The position numbers were made by a program, and so were the translations under genes. The notes below the pieces were generated by a model, which was not told the origin of the DNA, did no database searches, and worked only from the letters and a program-made list of their open reading frames with translations. Below are positions 38,222 to 51,007 of a DNA stretch of 64,000 bases, piece after piece; position 1 is the stretch's first letter; every line of letters begins with the position of its first letter. The stretch is from Saccostrea echinata (Eukaryota): assembly GCF_033153115.1 (NCBI RefSeq), contig NW_026889752.1, positions 1,674,001 to 1,738,000 on the forward strand, given 5' to 3'.

Positions 38222-39904
38222 GTAACTACATGTATTCCTTATATGTGATTGTCAATTTTTCTAATATTGTCAATGTAATGGGAAAGGTAATACATTTTTA
38301 TTTTATGATTGAAAAATTACTATCTCTCCGATTAGCTGAGATCCAATAATGTAGAAAAATATTTTGTTATATTCACCTGCACGTGTCCTTCCAAGTGAAT
38401 ATAGGGATTTATTCTCTTTACATTGATCTAAAAATAGATCGGGAAATTTCAAAGTGATACACATAATTTTGGGAAGCTATTTTACTTGCTACCGACTTCC
38501 AATCAGGTGAATATAATTTTAGAAAATATATTATTTGGGATGGGGTTGGTTTAGGGGGTGGGGGTTGAGGCAGGGTGATCTTCCTCCCCTCAAACATTTT
38601 CTTTGTGAAGGTAAATATTTACTTTTAATTTATACTAGAAAATGAAGGCACGAAGGAAAATCATTGCGAAGATATAGATCGACAGAAAGCAGATAAGAGC
38701 AGAAAAGTAGATCTGCTTTCTTCAGAAAATTATTACATTGATTAGCTGGTTTTCTTAAATAAAGAAAATAAATTTGACAAAAAAGATTCGAATCATTTCT
38801 ACTTTGAAATGATTAACTGCCATTCAAAATAATTAATATGAAAAAAGGAACAGAATGTATATCAGATGAAAAAGAAGTAACAAAGAAATAACAAAAACAA
38901 GTCTGAAAAATATGAAGATGAATGATATGTGAAATTCGTATTCCATATTTCAGATCAAACAGTCTAGTCTATGCCTCTGCCCATTTGAAGTTAATACGCT
39001 TATCGTTTTAGCTATTTTCTTTACACTATCTGTCGTTGTGCAGCTCATTAAGCTTAGATAAATTGATTATGTATACAACTGTTTTTAAAGAAGTAATTGC
39101 CTTTAGTGTAATTGATTAGATTAACGAAGCCCAAACATCTTGACCTGCGCATACGTTTTACGCAGCATTGTTTCAGATGCGTCACAGTACCTTTCGATGC
39201 CGTCACAATTGAATACAATAATGTCACAGTTAAAATGACGTCAAATTGTGCTAAGAATTCCGCTGTTTTTACATGGTATAGCATTTAGTCTTAAAAGTTT
39301 CTCCTTGATGATGTTTATCTACCTTTTTATTAAAAACTTAAAAATGCATGCAGTAGATTACCAGCTCATGCAACCGAGAGGAAATATGTTAGTTTCCTAC
39401 ATGTACCTAACTACACTGTAGTAGTTTTGTAATGTACCCCCCCCCCTTCCCTCCCCCATTTCCACGTGAAAACATTGTTGTATATTTAATAATAATTAAG
39501 CAAAAAAATGAAGAGAAAATTCTTTCATTATATATAAATCATTCAATATTGAGACTCATAAACAGTACAAATGTCATTTGCTCATGTTTTATAAACCTAC
39601 TGCGACTTACACTGTATGAAGTATCTTAGGTAAAATTTTAAGTTCTAATTTTGTGTTTCGATATGCCCCCTTTTCCCTTCAATGAATGCTTCCTCAAATT
39701 TTCTTAATTTTTAAAAAAGAAGAATGTATATTGCGTAATATAATTATCAAGGAGAAATGTTTGAAAATACAAACGTTACAATATACAACAGGAAACTGCA
39801 TTAATTATCAAAAGAGTGGATAAACGGTAAGGAAATTAACTCTTCCAAGTATTGTCACACATAAGAGGAGATTTGCTAAAGGGGAAGTGACTCTTCCCAG
39901 TATT

Positions 39905-39938
<34 letters not shown>

Positions 39939-39994
39939 AAAGAAAATAAAGTGCATGACTTTATTTATTCCTAATTATTTGTAATATATGTATA

Positions 39995-40360
39995 TATCAT
40001 GAATAAAATACAAGATGAAGATAATAAAAAGAGATCGACCTCATAGAAATTTAAAAACTGTACAAATCAGTGAATTGGGCATAAAACAAGGATCTCTGGA
40101 AATAGAACTAGGCATCTCCTGTTAACCGGTCACACCCGTCGTGATTACTATGCATTGGTCAGGAAGACGGAACATATTGTAGTCAAATATAAATAAAAAG
40201 TAAAGCATAACATTTGATATGAAGCAAGTCGTTAAATTACGACCCAATGATATGTTACAGCAAAGTCATTTTGACGACCATAGAATTTAAGAAATACTGA
40301 CTTTATACGATTAAGATGAAATCCCTTTAACGTTATCCATTTATTGACAGGGTTCGACCT
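39995..40360 (-). mobile_element. Degenerate 3' end/UTR of a Penelope-like family (probably the same type as 1690-4445)
   Basis: Contains gcatctcctgttaaccggtcacacccgtcgtg and aaatacaagatgaagataa blocks that I recognise as an oyster PLE 3' UTR (from memory, not searched). Confidence 0.5.
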
Positions 40361-41659
40361 CAGGCAAACAGTTTGGTTCTTGGGTCCGACAAAACGCATG
40401 TTGCCGAGAACATCGTCAATAAATGTTTTGTTATACCTTTTACTTTTTATTTTAACATAACATGATGTAAATTTTGTTTACCCGCACTGCGGTTTGAACT
40501 TGGTCAATTCCGTAAAGTTCTGTCGAACTCCAACGAATGCAAATAAGATACAGCTGACCCCGCCCACACTTTGACGTAAGCGGTCCAATATCTCATCAAC
40601 AATATCTCGCTCGATTTGTTTTTGACCGCTAAGTAAAACATTGAAAATTTAAAAGGCTTTTTAGTATAGAATTTTATTGGAAACATTTTTTAAAGGAATA
40701 ACAACAACTTATATTTGGAAATAGTTTCTATGATACCTAGGAGCAATATTGTTCAACAATATCGTTTGTTATTTAATTTTTTTAGATAGAATTCTATAAA
40801 TTTTACAAATAAACATTTATTACTTCTAGTTATTTTCCAATCTTCAAATTTTAAAGTGTATCTAACTTAAGGTATGTCACTTGCCGGGTTTTAAAAAAAA
40901 GTTCTGTCAGAACCTTTAACTTCAAAACTATTTATTACAATTCCATTTTAATAGCAAATTTTAATTAGACAATGAAAATTATATACACTGTAACTTTAAT
41001 TTAAAAACTGCACACAAAGTCATTAAGAAAACAAAAGATTTATGGGGGACTATTTCTTGTGGTGGAAGGGTATTTAAATTTTTAATACCCCAAATTAGGG
41101 GTTTTCTTTAGTGCGTATTTATTTATTTACATGATTTGTTCAATGATGAATATTTTTTCAAAATATTATACGAAAGATAAGATTATATTATTCGCCTTGA
41201 TTACATCTGATAAGATATGATAAAGATTAAATTGTTACAATTTAAGTACAAAAAGGTCAAGTTGCTCAAGAAGACACTGACCGCCAATTTTCCTAGCAAT
41301 TTTAAAACATACGAGAACGTACCTAAAATTTCCATTCAAAAATATCCTTGATATAACTATTTTCCCGAGTGACATATCTTAAAGCTTATTTAAATTACAA
41401 AAAGAACTTCTGAACAAAGTCTTATATATTTTGAAGGAAAACACATCTGGAATTTTACCCCAAAACTGTGTAGTTTATGAGTCCCCATACAGGCACTATG
41501 TCTTAACATAAATATTCAAATTAACTACAAGGGTTGATCCAAAAGTTCGTGGAATTTCTGTCTAAAATTTTATTGTGACGTGATAAAAGCATACAAAAGA
41601 CATATCTATGAAATATATACAATATGCAACAATACTGGAAAATTTCATCACACTCCCAT

Positions 41660-41869
41660 TACAAAGAAGGTCACATGAGAAGTAATAAAGCCTTAGCAAA
41701 AAACCATTCAAAAGTTATGGCCAAGGTTAAAGTAAGTCAAACTCCTATATATGTCAAAGTCAAAGTGGTTGGTATCCTAAGGAAGGTGATGTCACATGGA
41801 TTACATATGTGAAGTATGAAAGCCTTAGCATCAAGCATTAAAAAGTTATGGCCAAGGTCAAAGTTTTTC

Positions 41870-41900
<31 letters not shown>

Positions 41901-42373
41901 AAGTGGTTGGTGTCCAAAGGAATGTCTTGTCACAAGGATTACATATGTGAAGTATGGAAGCGCTAGTTCCAACCGTTCAAAAGTTATGGCCAAGATTAAA
42001 GTCAAAAGAAGGTCAAACGCCAAAGTCAAGTTCAAAAGGTCAAAATTGTTGGTATCCAAAGGAAGGCCTTGTCACAAAAAATACACATGTGAAATTTGAA
42101 AATCCCGAGCACCAACTGTTCAGAAGTTATGACCAAGGTTAAAATCTCATAAAATTTTGCAAAAGTGGGTAATACTCCAAGGTCAAGGTCAAATATGATG
42201 GTACCCAAAGAAAGGTCTTGTCACAAGAAATACACATGTGAAAATTGAAAGTCAGAGCTCCAACCAATCAAAAGTTATGCGCAAGGTTAAAGTTGACAAC
42301 AAACAGACATACAAACAGACAGACAGGACAAAAACAATATACCCCCGGGATCTTTCGATCCATTGGCATAAAA
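41660..42373 (+). mobile_element. 5'-truncated Helentron-type element with diverged tandem repeats
   Basis: About 4-5 repeats containing aaaagttatggccaaggt.aaa / ggtcaaggtcaa, then (ACAG)n and a terminal hairpin-like end before an A-run. Confidence 0.72.
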
Positions 42374-42641
42374 ACTAACATCGAAAATATTAAGAAACCG
42401 TAAAGGTTCAATGATGTTCAAAATTCTATATTTCTGCAATCACCCTTATAAATCTATTCATATTTTAGCATTTTATAGGACATTACTGTTAAATTTTGAA
42501 TNNNNNNNNNNNNNNNNNNNNNNNNNNNNNNNNNNNNNNNNNNNNNNNNNNNNNNNNNNNNNNNNNNNNNNNNNNNNNNNNNNNNNNNNNNNNNNNNNNN
42601 NNNNNNNNNNNNNNNNNNNNNNNNNNNNNNNNNNNNNNNNN

Positions 42642-43968
42642 CGGAAGACCTTATAGTGATTCTACTGTTTCTTCTTCTTCTTTTTCATTTTTATTTTTTT
42701 TTTTTTTTGACCTTTTCAAATCGCGATATCTCAAAAACTACTCATTCATTTTCAGCCAAATTTTCAGGAATGGTGTGTTATCTCATGCCATTTTGAAATA
42801 TCGAAAGAGTTTGGAAAAAATTACGTCCGGTCAAGAATTAATACGATTTTTCAAGTTTTACACTAAAAATCTGGTTCGTGAATGTTCTCAGAAACTGTTA
42901 AAGGTTTTTGTTTTTGTTTGTATGTTGTTTAAAGTCCCTCTCGAGAATTTTTCACTCATATGGAGACTTTTAAAGGTAGGAGTCAGAAACTTTCAGGTAT
43001 GATAGAATTTGGTTTGTAGATATGTGATGGAAAAATTTCATGTGTCGTCGACACTTCCGGTCGTCACAGGAAGTGATTTGAAAAGGTTATTTTTATTAAC
43101 TTTTTTGTTTTTCATTATTTTTTTATGATATTGATAGGCTAAATAAAGAGTCTTACAAGAATGCTAAATATGTAATTTGTTTAAAAATTGATTAACCCAT
43201 ACTCTAAATATTTATCTTTTTTTTTCAATTTTTAGCGATTGTGTTTGATAGCGTAATGGTTAGCATGTTGAATTTTCACGTGGGCGATCCGGATTCAATC
43301 CAAAGAATTTCCGAATTTTTCCTCACTTTTTGGGGCTCAAATATAAGATTTTATCTTTAAGAAGGGGGGGGGGGAGCGCTATGTCGCTCGACGTCAGAGC
43401 AGCCGTATTTGACGGCACAATATCAGCGTGTCTTTTTACTCCCTCATAAAGAGTTTGCAGTTGAATTTTGCACTAATAAATGTGCACAGATGCAATTGTG
43501 ATATGACAAAACGAGGAACACATGTAGCAACAAATGTATATGTAGCTAGATACCTACCGTGAATCTGGAAAGTTTTGATGTAGATAATTCTTTTAGCAAA
43601 TTTGCGCATGCATTGCATTCGCAAAAATATTTTTCCTAAAAATAAATCAACAACAAAAAATGTTTTTATAATCTAAAGATTACTTAAAAATTACATCGTT
43701 ATATATATTTTATGTACATGTGTGATTTATGAAAATGTTATGAAAACTTTGAACACTTGGATGATTCATCTTTTCTAATATTTTTATCTAATTTTTGAAC
43801 GTTGGCGTAGTTTAATATTGTATGTTTATTCGTAATTTATTGTATGTACATGCGTAACTTACAAACGTTTAAGAAAATTTTAAAAGCTTTTTATATTTTA
43901 GTTCAAATGACGATTCGCAAAAATGTTAAACGTAAAAATTAATCAACAGACTTTTGACCCAGATTCGC

Positions 43969-44017
<49 letters not shown>

Positions 44018-45352
44018 GACGTAAAAATTTCCAGATTTACGGTATGCAATTGTATCACTAACTGGAGATTTGCCGAATTGTATTTTGAAAGTAGAATTTG
44101 TTACTTTGTCATGTTGATTGAATAACATATATTATTTTCAAATGAGAGAAAAATAAACTTCAATGATATTTAGTTCAGAGCAAGATCCGTAAGTAAGAGT
44201 TCAAAGCGGTTTAGCGCATAAAGGAATGGTTAATTAAGGATATGCAGTGCATATACAGAATAAAACTACTCGAAACATTAAGTGAAAAAATATGCTGTCA
44301 CGTAATACATGGGTAAATTGTCAATCAATTTCTTATGCGTGTGTAGTGCACACTCGGAAGGGTGGGGGGGGGGGGGGGGGGTCGGGGGAAAACAAATGCA
44401 TGAAATCGGGTAGAATGAAACAAATCAGTGTACAGAGTCCCTAAAATAAAAAAAAGTCTTATTTTATCATGATTTTATATATGTCACAGTTGATATTTAA
44501 TTAAATATTTTGTTAATAAATTATATTTGATTAGCGCGCATTGCTTATCAAACATAGCGCCGTCTGTGTGAATGAGTGCCATGTGTGAATGTTTTGTTTT
44601 GTCACGTGATATTTCTATTTTTAGTTTACAAACTGACCAGGTATACGAATACGACCAGTGGACCAATGATAGACCACTATTTGATAATTAATATGCATGT
44701 ATACTAACTTCGTGCACTACATAAGCGCTTATCCCGCCAAATCAAATAACTATTAGATTTCTACCTTTACAGTGTAAGAGGTCCAAACCTTTATGTTTGA
44801 AGTCATCGACTTTCACGATGATGTGATAATTATATTTCATATTTTATAATACTGGATACCTGGTAAGATTTATTTCTAATGATGTAAATACTTATTAAAC
44901 CAATTTCGATAATACGTAATTTATCTTTATTGGCAGCGACGTGAATTTTCATGTTGTGTAATTTGTAATTTTGTTTAATGTGCTGTATTTGTCTCTTGTT
45001 AATGTGTGTGTGTTGTGAGTGTATTTTCTATGTTTTCTAGGTTTCATTTCTTTGTTATCCTCATTAAAACTTCATAAATCCGAATCCAGCGTTATATTCT
45101 TTAACGATGACCCTGTGACATATACATGTATATATTTTATACAATTAATTGTGACAATATCAGAGCTTTAAAAAGTAAACACAAAGATGTTTTGGACATA
45201 GCCCCCCCCCCCCCCCCCAATGATGTCTCGTATTTTTTACGTTCCAGTTTAATGCAAACATAACAAAAGTTGCTTTGTGGGGAATCAGCTTCCCTGATGA
45301 CAGAGAAGGGACGGAAGACCTTCTTGTTGCCTTGGCAACAAGGTTTCTAGTT
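42642..45352 (-). mobile_element. Putative Helentron-type element (both termini seen; continuity of the interior uncertain)
   Basis: cggaagacctt plus (CTT)n at 42642, and cggaagaccttcttgttgccttggcaacaaggtttctagtttt at about 45312-45352. These mirror the architecture of 37239-38095. A SINE fragment is nested at 42906. Confidence 0.45.
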
Positions 45353-45954
45353 TTTATTATTATTTAATGGACTTTCTGTTTAAATGGACTATGAGCTTGA
45401 ATACTGTTCGTTATACTTCATTTCATGGTTTTGGGAAAAAAGTTTGCATTATCTGTCCTTGATAATTATACATATTGGACAACCTAGCAATTAAATAAAT
45501 GAATGAAGGGAGCATATAAAACTCAATTACAAATAAACATATAAATATATTTGCAAATAATATAAATTGAAATGTACACAAAGCTTCTCCCTGAATTTTT
45601 AGGATTACAACATAATCATATGTAGATGAACTATTAATGTTAATGTGCATCTACCTTTTTATTTCCAAGTTATTAATGTATGTGATAATAATGCAGCACA
45701 TTACAGAAAAACATAAAATGAAAAAAAAATATACCAGTGTAATATCTTTGAATGTGGGATATTCAACGATGCTTAAACGAGATCCATATGTAAATTATTT
45801 TAAAGTTTAATGTATCTAGCTGTTGTTTGTGACTCTCTGTTTCCTTTTAAGGTTCCGTATAATTTTATTTCAGGCAAACATAGCCCATTTTCCTTGATTA
45901 TTTTAGAACTTAAATACATCAGTTTCTGAACAACTATTAGATGGTGAACAAACC

Positions 45955-46028
45955 ATGGAAGTCTTCGGCATAAAATATGTTTTGATTTTAAATGTAAATT
46001 TGTTACTTATCACTGCAAAGTGTCAAAA
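45955..46028 (+). CDS. EGF-TM gene 2, coding exon 1 (signal peptide)
   Basis: accATGG Kozak context; MEVFGIKYVLILNVNLLLITAKCQ + AA|gtaagt (phase 2). Confidence 0.8.
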
Positions 46029-46141
46029 GTAAGTATACAGATAATTGGTGTTTTGCATTGTAAAAGCATTCATAAGAAACTAAATTATAAAGACTACAAT
46101 TATTTTGCTGTTTTGAATGTTTTAAAAATTATGTTTTTAAG

Positions 46142-46209
46142 TGGAGACAAAGTAGGGACTTGCACATGCTCTGGGCATTTTTACGACGAGGGTAAAAATG
46201 AATGCAAAG
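46142..46209 (+). CDS. EGF-TM gene 2, coding exon 2
   Basis: ttaag| (N)GDKVGTCTCSGHFYDEGKNECK G|gtaatc; phases 2 and 1 fit the neighbouring exons. Confidence 0.82.
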
Positions 46210-46426
46210 GTAATCATTTGAGCTAATACTCATTCGTGGTTGAACATTTAAAAAATGATTTTTTAAAAAACTTTTATAACGTACTTCTTTATTTGTTTTT
46301 TTATTTGTTAAATCATTGATCCTTTGGGAAAGTGTTTGAAATGGATGCATTTTCTCTGTCTGTCGTTACACACTAGGTACAGGTTCCTGAAATACTATCT
46401 TAAAATGTTATTTTTATGCGTACTAG

Positions 46427-46561
46427 ACTGTCCTCCTGGCTATATGGGTCAGAATTGCTCGCTTAAGTGCCGTTTCCCAGGCTTTGGAAAAGATTGTCAG
46501 AACGAATGCCTATGTGAGACTGAATATTGCGACTTTCGGAGTGGCTGCATTAACTCTATTG
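46427..46561 (+). CDS. EGF-TM gene 2, coding exon 3 (EGF-like, MEGF10/CED-1/SCARF-like)
   Basis: ctag| DCPPGYMGQNCSLKCRFPGFGKDCQNECLCETEYCDFRSGCINSI G|gtaaaa. Confidence 0.9.
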
Positions 46562-46824
46562 GTAAAATACTGGAAATTTAATGCACTAATGTAATATATT
46601 AAATGCTTATAACTTTAAAAAGAAAAAAAAAGGAAAAAAAAAGAAAAAAAAAATATCTTCATATCGTATGAATAAGAACACTAGAGTCTATTTAAATGAA
46701 TGTATATTTATGAATGTGGCTTATTATTTGAGATGTTATATCTATTGAGATATATACTAATTAAGAAATAAGTTTAACTTTCAAGTTTAAATCAGATTAT
46801 GATTTTTTGCTTCATCTTTTGCAG

Positions 46825-47324
46825 AGAATTCAACACATTTCAGCGAGAAGAATTCGTCATCAAAATCTACGCAAGCAACTAGTGCCAAAATATCACTATT
46901 AACAATGATGATAATAGTGATAACAGTAGCATCAGTGTTCTTTTTATTTCTAATTTTAACAATTATTCTTATAATCCGTCGGAGAACCAAGCATACTTTA
47001 GCACAAACAAATACCTCTGCTGCCTTTGCAGAAAATAATTGGCATAAAGTGGACAGCGAATTTCCTTTAGGTGCACCCCAGCTGACTTTAGGAAAGGCAG
47101 ATGCTCATACTTTTATTGAAGATCCACCAAAAATGGACAAGGAAATTCGTACATGCTTAGAGTCAAGCATGGAGAAAATGAAAACAGGAATTTTGAAAGA
47201 CCATTTTGAAGATACAAACACACGGGAGGCAGATAATGTTTATACGTTTATATTTGCGTCTTTTGGAAGTGAGATGATGGGAAATTCCTTTCACGATTAT
47301 TCTTCACTTCCTTACAGCAAATGA
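46825..47324 (+). CDS. EGF-TM gene 2, last exon: Ser/Thr stalk, transmembrane helix, cytoplasmic tail
   Basis: ttttgcag| ENSTHFSEKNSSSKSTQATSAKISLLTMMIIVITVASVFFLFLILTIILIIRRRTKH...DNVYTFI...HDYSSLPYSK*. The spliced product is about 258 aa. Confidence 0.88.
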
Positions 47325-50170
47325 ATTTTTAAAATGAATTTGCATCTCATTAGCTGTTGAAGCAGAGAAAATACAAATTTGTCAAAGGATAAACACATTG
47401 ACAAAATTTGCTATTTTCACAATGAAGCTTGTTCATGTATTGTTTGACTGACGTACCTTCATTTTTTTTAAAATATGGACAATGGATATATATATATATA
47501 TATATTTAAAGTACTATGTCTTATATCGAAGCATTGAGTATGTTTGGAAAATCACATAGTCAAAAGGTGTTTCATATTTTACTCGATTTTTGTTTAAATG
47601 TATTATTTTATTACAAATTACTAGTATGAATTGCCACAATTTTGTTATCATATTCCTGGCAATCCATACATTTACATATCACTATATGAATTATAAATGT
47701 ATCACTCTCCATTTCTGCAAGAGTTGTTTAATGTAAATGAATCAATAGTATATTTTGGACATAATAACGAGAAATGGTTTCCCTTTTCCTGACCATCAGC
47801 ATGGTCTGAAACAGAAATTGCTAAATATTTTGTGACATATTCCTATGCTTCAAGCAATGACATTATGGGGGAAAATTCTTCCAATAACAGAGATTTTGTA
47901 AAAAGTGGATATAAAGTTACAAGAACCTGGTCTCCAATTTTAACAAACAATCTTCACAGTATTTGACGGAATTGACCTTTAATCATTTGAAATATATCTC
48001 CCAATGAAATATAATTGTAGATCAAATAGAACAAGGTCCAAAGTTTTAGAAATAACATTGCTGATGATGCTTTGTCTAATCCTAATCCAGGAAGTCTAAA
48101 CTTTAAAGAAAGATACTAAACAAAAAATGCATTCCAATCAAAGATGTACATGTATAGCGACTTTTCTCAGTATTTCGCCTGCTACAGAGGTTTAAATGGA
48201 AAGTACCTACAACTATTAATAGATTTACATGGCTCGTTGTATAAGCGGAACTGCTTCTACGTGTTTATCATTGAAAGGATTTAGTCGAATACTTATGTTC
48301 TGTTCAAAGCTAAAAATAACGCGGATACGTTAAATCTATATATTTCTCTTATATTACTTCGTAACTAGCTTCTCTGCATATACGCATGTATCACTTTAAT
48401 AAAATCAAATATATCACTTTCATATTTTTATTTTTATTTATTTTTTTTTTTTTTATTATTATTTTTTTTTTTTTGTTTGTTTGTTTGTTTTACATTTTAC
48501 AAAAGTATGTATGCACTTTTTTCTTGACTTTTTTCAAGATTTTTTTTTGTTTTGTTTTCATGAAAAGTCTTAATCACTATTCGTTTTTTTTTAAATACTG
48601 CTGCATCTTAAGTGTGTCGTCAACGCATCAACCATGTTTTTTATCTTCGTGTGTCTCTTTTTCCCGAAATAGATGAAAGTCCATGTTATATTAAGTCCAG
48701 ATAACGTTATATTTAAATGTATATGGTAAGCAGGCATGTTGGAAAAAATTGTATATAGATCTATTTTTTTTTTTCTGATGCGTGTATTATGTGGATAATA
48801 CAATGATTAAAATTAACTATATAAAGTAAAAAAAAAAAATGAAACATATACTTATAACAATAATATGTACATAAAAAATTGTAAGATTTTGGGGAAAAGG
48901 CTTGAACCAGAGACCCCAAACACGAAAATATTTCAGCGTACACCATTAGGCTACATACACTATAAAACATTGTTGTGTCTTTTGTGTATATATAGCCCGA
49001 GTGCTAGAGTTTTTCGGAAAAGAGGATATCTGAAGGATATAGTCAATTTCTAATAAGAAGACGAAGATAAAGCAAAATGATTTTAATATACTGATATTCT
49101 ATTATAAAAAATGAACGTAATCCATTCAAGATTTCTCTAATTTAAAATAGTACAAGTATACAAAAATCTGTTTTTTTTTAATGCTCCTTCAATAGATCTC
49201 AATATATACCATGCAAAATCTGTAAATTTCATTACTCTTGTCTGAGATAAATTTGACTATTTAACAAGGCACTGATAATATTATAATTTGTATTTGTTTA
49301 TAATAAGATTCACTTAATATCATAAAATATTTGAAACATTTTGGATGTCTGTAAATGCACTATATTTTAGGCCATTTTGTATCCTAAGTTCTGTATTAAA
49401 AGTGAACTTATAGATGAGTACACTAAATGAGTGTAAATTTGGGCAATACTAATGTAGTACACCTAAAAATGGAATATTGTCAAATGTTTGTTAGCAAAAT
49501 TAACAATTTTCATGCTGTCTGGTAGGGATTTTGAAGCCAACCCTGATATGCTGGCATCTGTATAATCAAGGAATGAGGTGTTGATTTCAATAATGACAAG
49601 GTTATCTTTAATATTTTATTATCATTAAATGCTCAAAGGCGTTAAGACTGATACACACCCCACAGATATCAGCTTTCAACTACACTTTAATTCTCCATAA
49701 TTCTCCATTCTTGGTATAACTATAATGAAAGTGATTATTTCGAAGGCATTTTACTTGGTCATCTCCGGATCTCTTCCTTTTGAGGAATTCACAATAGGCA
49801 CTGTAAATTTAAAATAAACCACTCGAACTACATAAAGGTTTACACTTGTCATTTATTACTTACACAGCAGAGACCAAGAACTCCTACTAGACTTCACTAG
49901 ATATCAATTCATTTCTGTTCTTAACAAAATTCTTTAAAAGTCTTTCTCGTTTTCACNNNNNNNNNNNNNNNNNNNNNNNNNNNNNNNNNNNNNNNNNNNN
50001 NNNNNNNNNNNNNNNNNNNNNNNNNNNNNNNNNNNNNNNNNNNNNNNNNNNNNNNNNNNNNNNNNNNNNNNNNNNNNNNNNNNNNNNNNNNNNNNNNNNN
50101 NNNNNNNNNNNNNNNNNNNNNNNNNNNNNNNNNNNNNNNNNNNNNNNACAAACAAGTTCACATTTAATTA

Positions 50171-50211
50171 TTACACTAAGCGCTTTCGCCGTGAGGCTCT
50201 TCAGAGTGTAA
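50171..50211 (-). ncRNA. Minimal type I hammerhead ribozyme (inverted pLTR copy)
   Basis: Exact reverse complement of 54040-54080. Confidence 0.88.
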
Positions 50212-50379
50212 CAAAGTTTATAAAAACAATACAACTTGGTTGTTATGACGTCGTTATTGTGACGTCATAAAGGCAGCATTATATATTGGCGCAGGTAAAT
50301 GTCATTAGGGCGCCGAAAGTAGAGAATTGAACATATGTACATTGTGATGAAATAGACTGTTAATTTTAAGCTATAATGT

Positions 50380-50917
50380 TCAATTTACATTTAGTTTAGG
50401 TTTAAATAATTTAACAAAGTAATCTTCCTTGGCTCTCCGTAATTGTTCATTATTTTCTAGAACTTTATAAAATGGAAATATTAAAAAGTTTCCATTCGCA
50501 CATGAATCAAAATGTTCACTGCATGGCGTATTCCTGACAGAAGGGTCCCGTATTTGTTGTTTATGGACTCTTACGCGGTCAGCTAGTTTGTTACCGGTCT
50601 GTCCAATGTAGTTTTCCCCGCATGAAGTACAAGTCATACAGTATATTAAATTTTTAGATTTGCATGACATATTCGCATTTACGGTAAATGTTTTACCACA
50701 TTTAAAAGTAAACGTCTCTCCTGTTTTTAAATAAGGACAGGTTCCACATAGGGGGTCCATACATTTGGCCACTGTGCGTATGTCTTCATTTGACGAAAAT
50801 TTGGCTCTTGTAAGGAGTTTCTTCAGGTTTGGGGGTTGGCGCCGGCTATAGATTATGTTCTTCAGGTCAATTAATTCCTTTAGATTTTGGGATTGTTGTA
50901 GAATGGGGAAGCACTGT
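50380..50917 (-). CDS. GIY-YIG endonuclease segment in the inverted copy (5'-truncated)
   Basis: Peptide identical to the C-terminus of 53341-53874 (NLIYCMTC..ENYIGQTG..RVRVH). Confidence 0.8.
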
Positions 50918-51007
50918 CAGAGAGAACCGATGTAAATATGAAATATCCTTTAGATTTTGGGATTGTTGTAGAATGGGGAAGCACTGTCAGAGAGAACCGA
51001 TGTAAAT

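Noticed and set aside
43250-43305. tRNA-Glu-like sequence (also tRNA-like at about 25620-25680)
   Set aside because: A/B-box remnants only, with no acceptor-stem pairing; SINE- or element-derived rather than tRNA genes.
48386-48676. Hydrophobic Phe-rich ORF (and similar ones at 6004, 34931, 37214, 43943)
   Set aside because: Products of poly-T/poly-A low-complexity tracts.
47760-49920. Coding-looking patches at about 47.8-48.1 kb and 49.5-49.8 kb
   Set aside because: Interrupted in all frames and not assignable to a family by eye.
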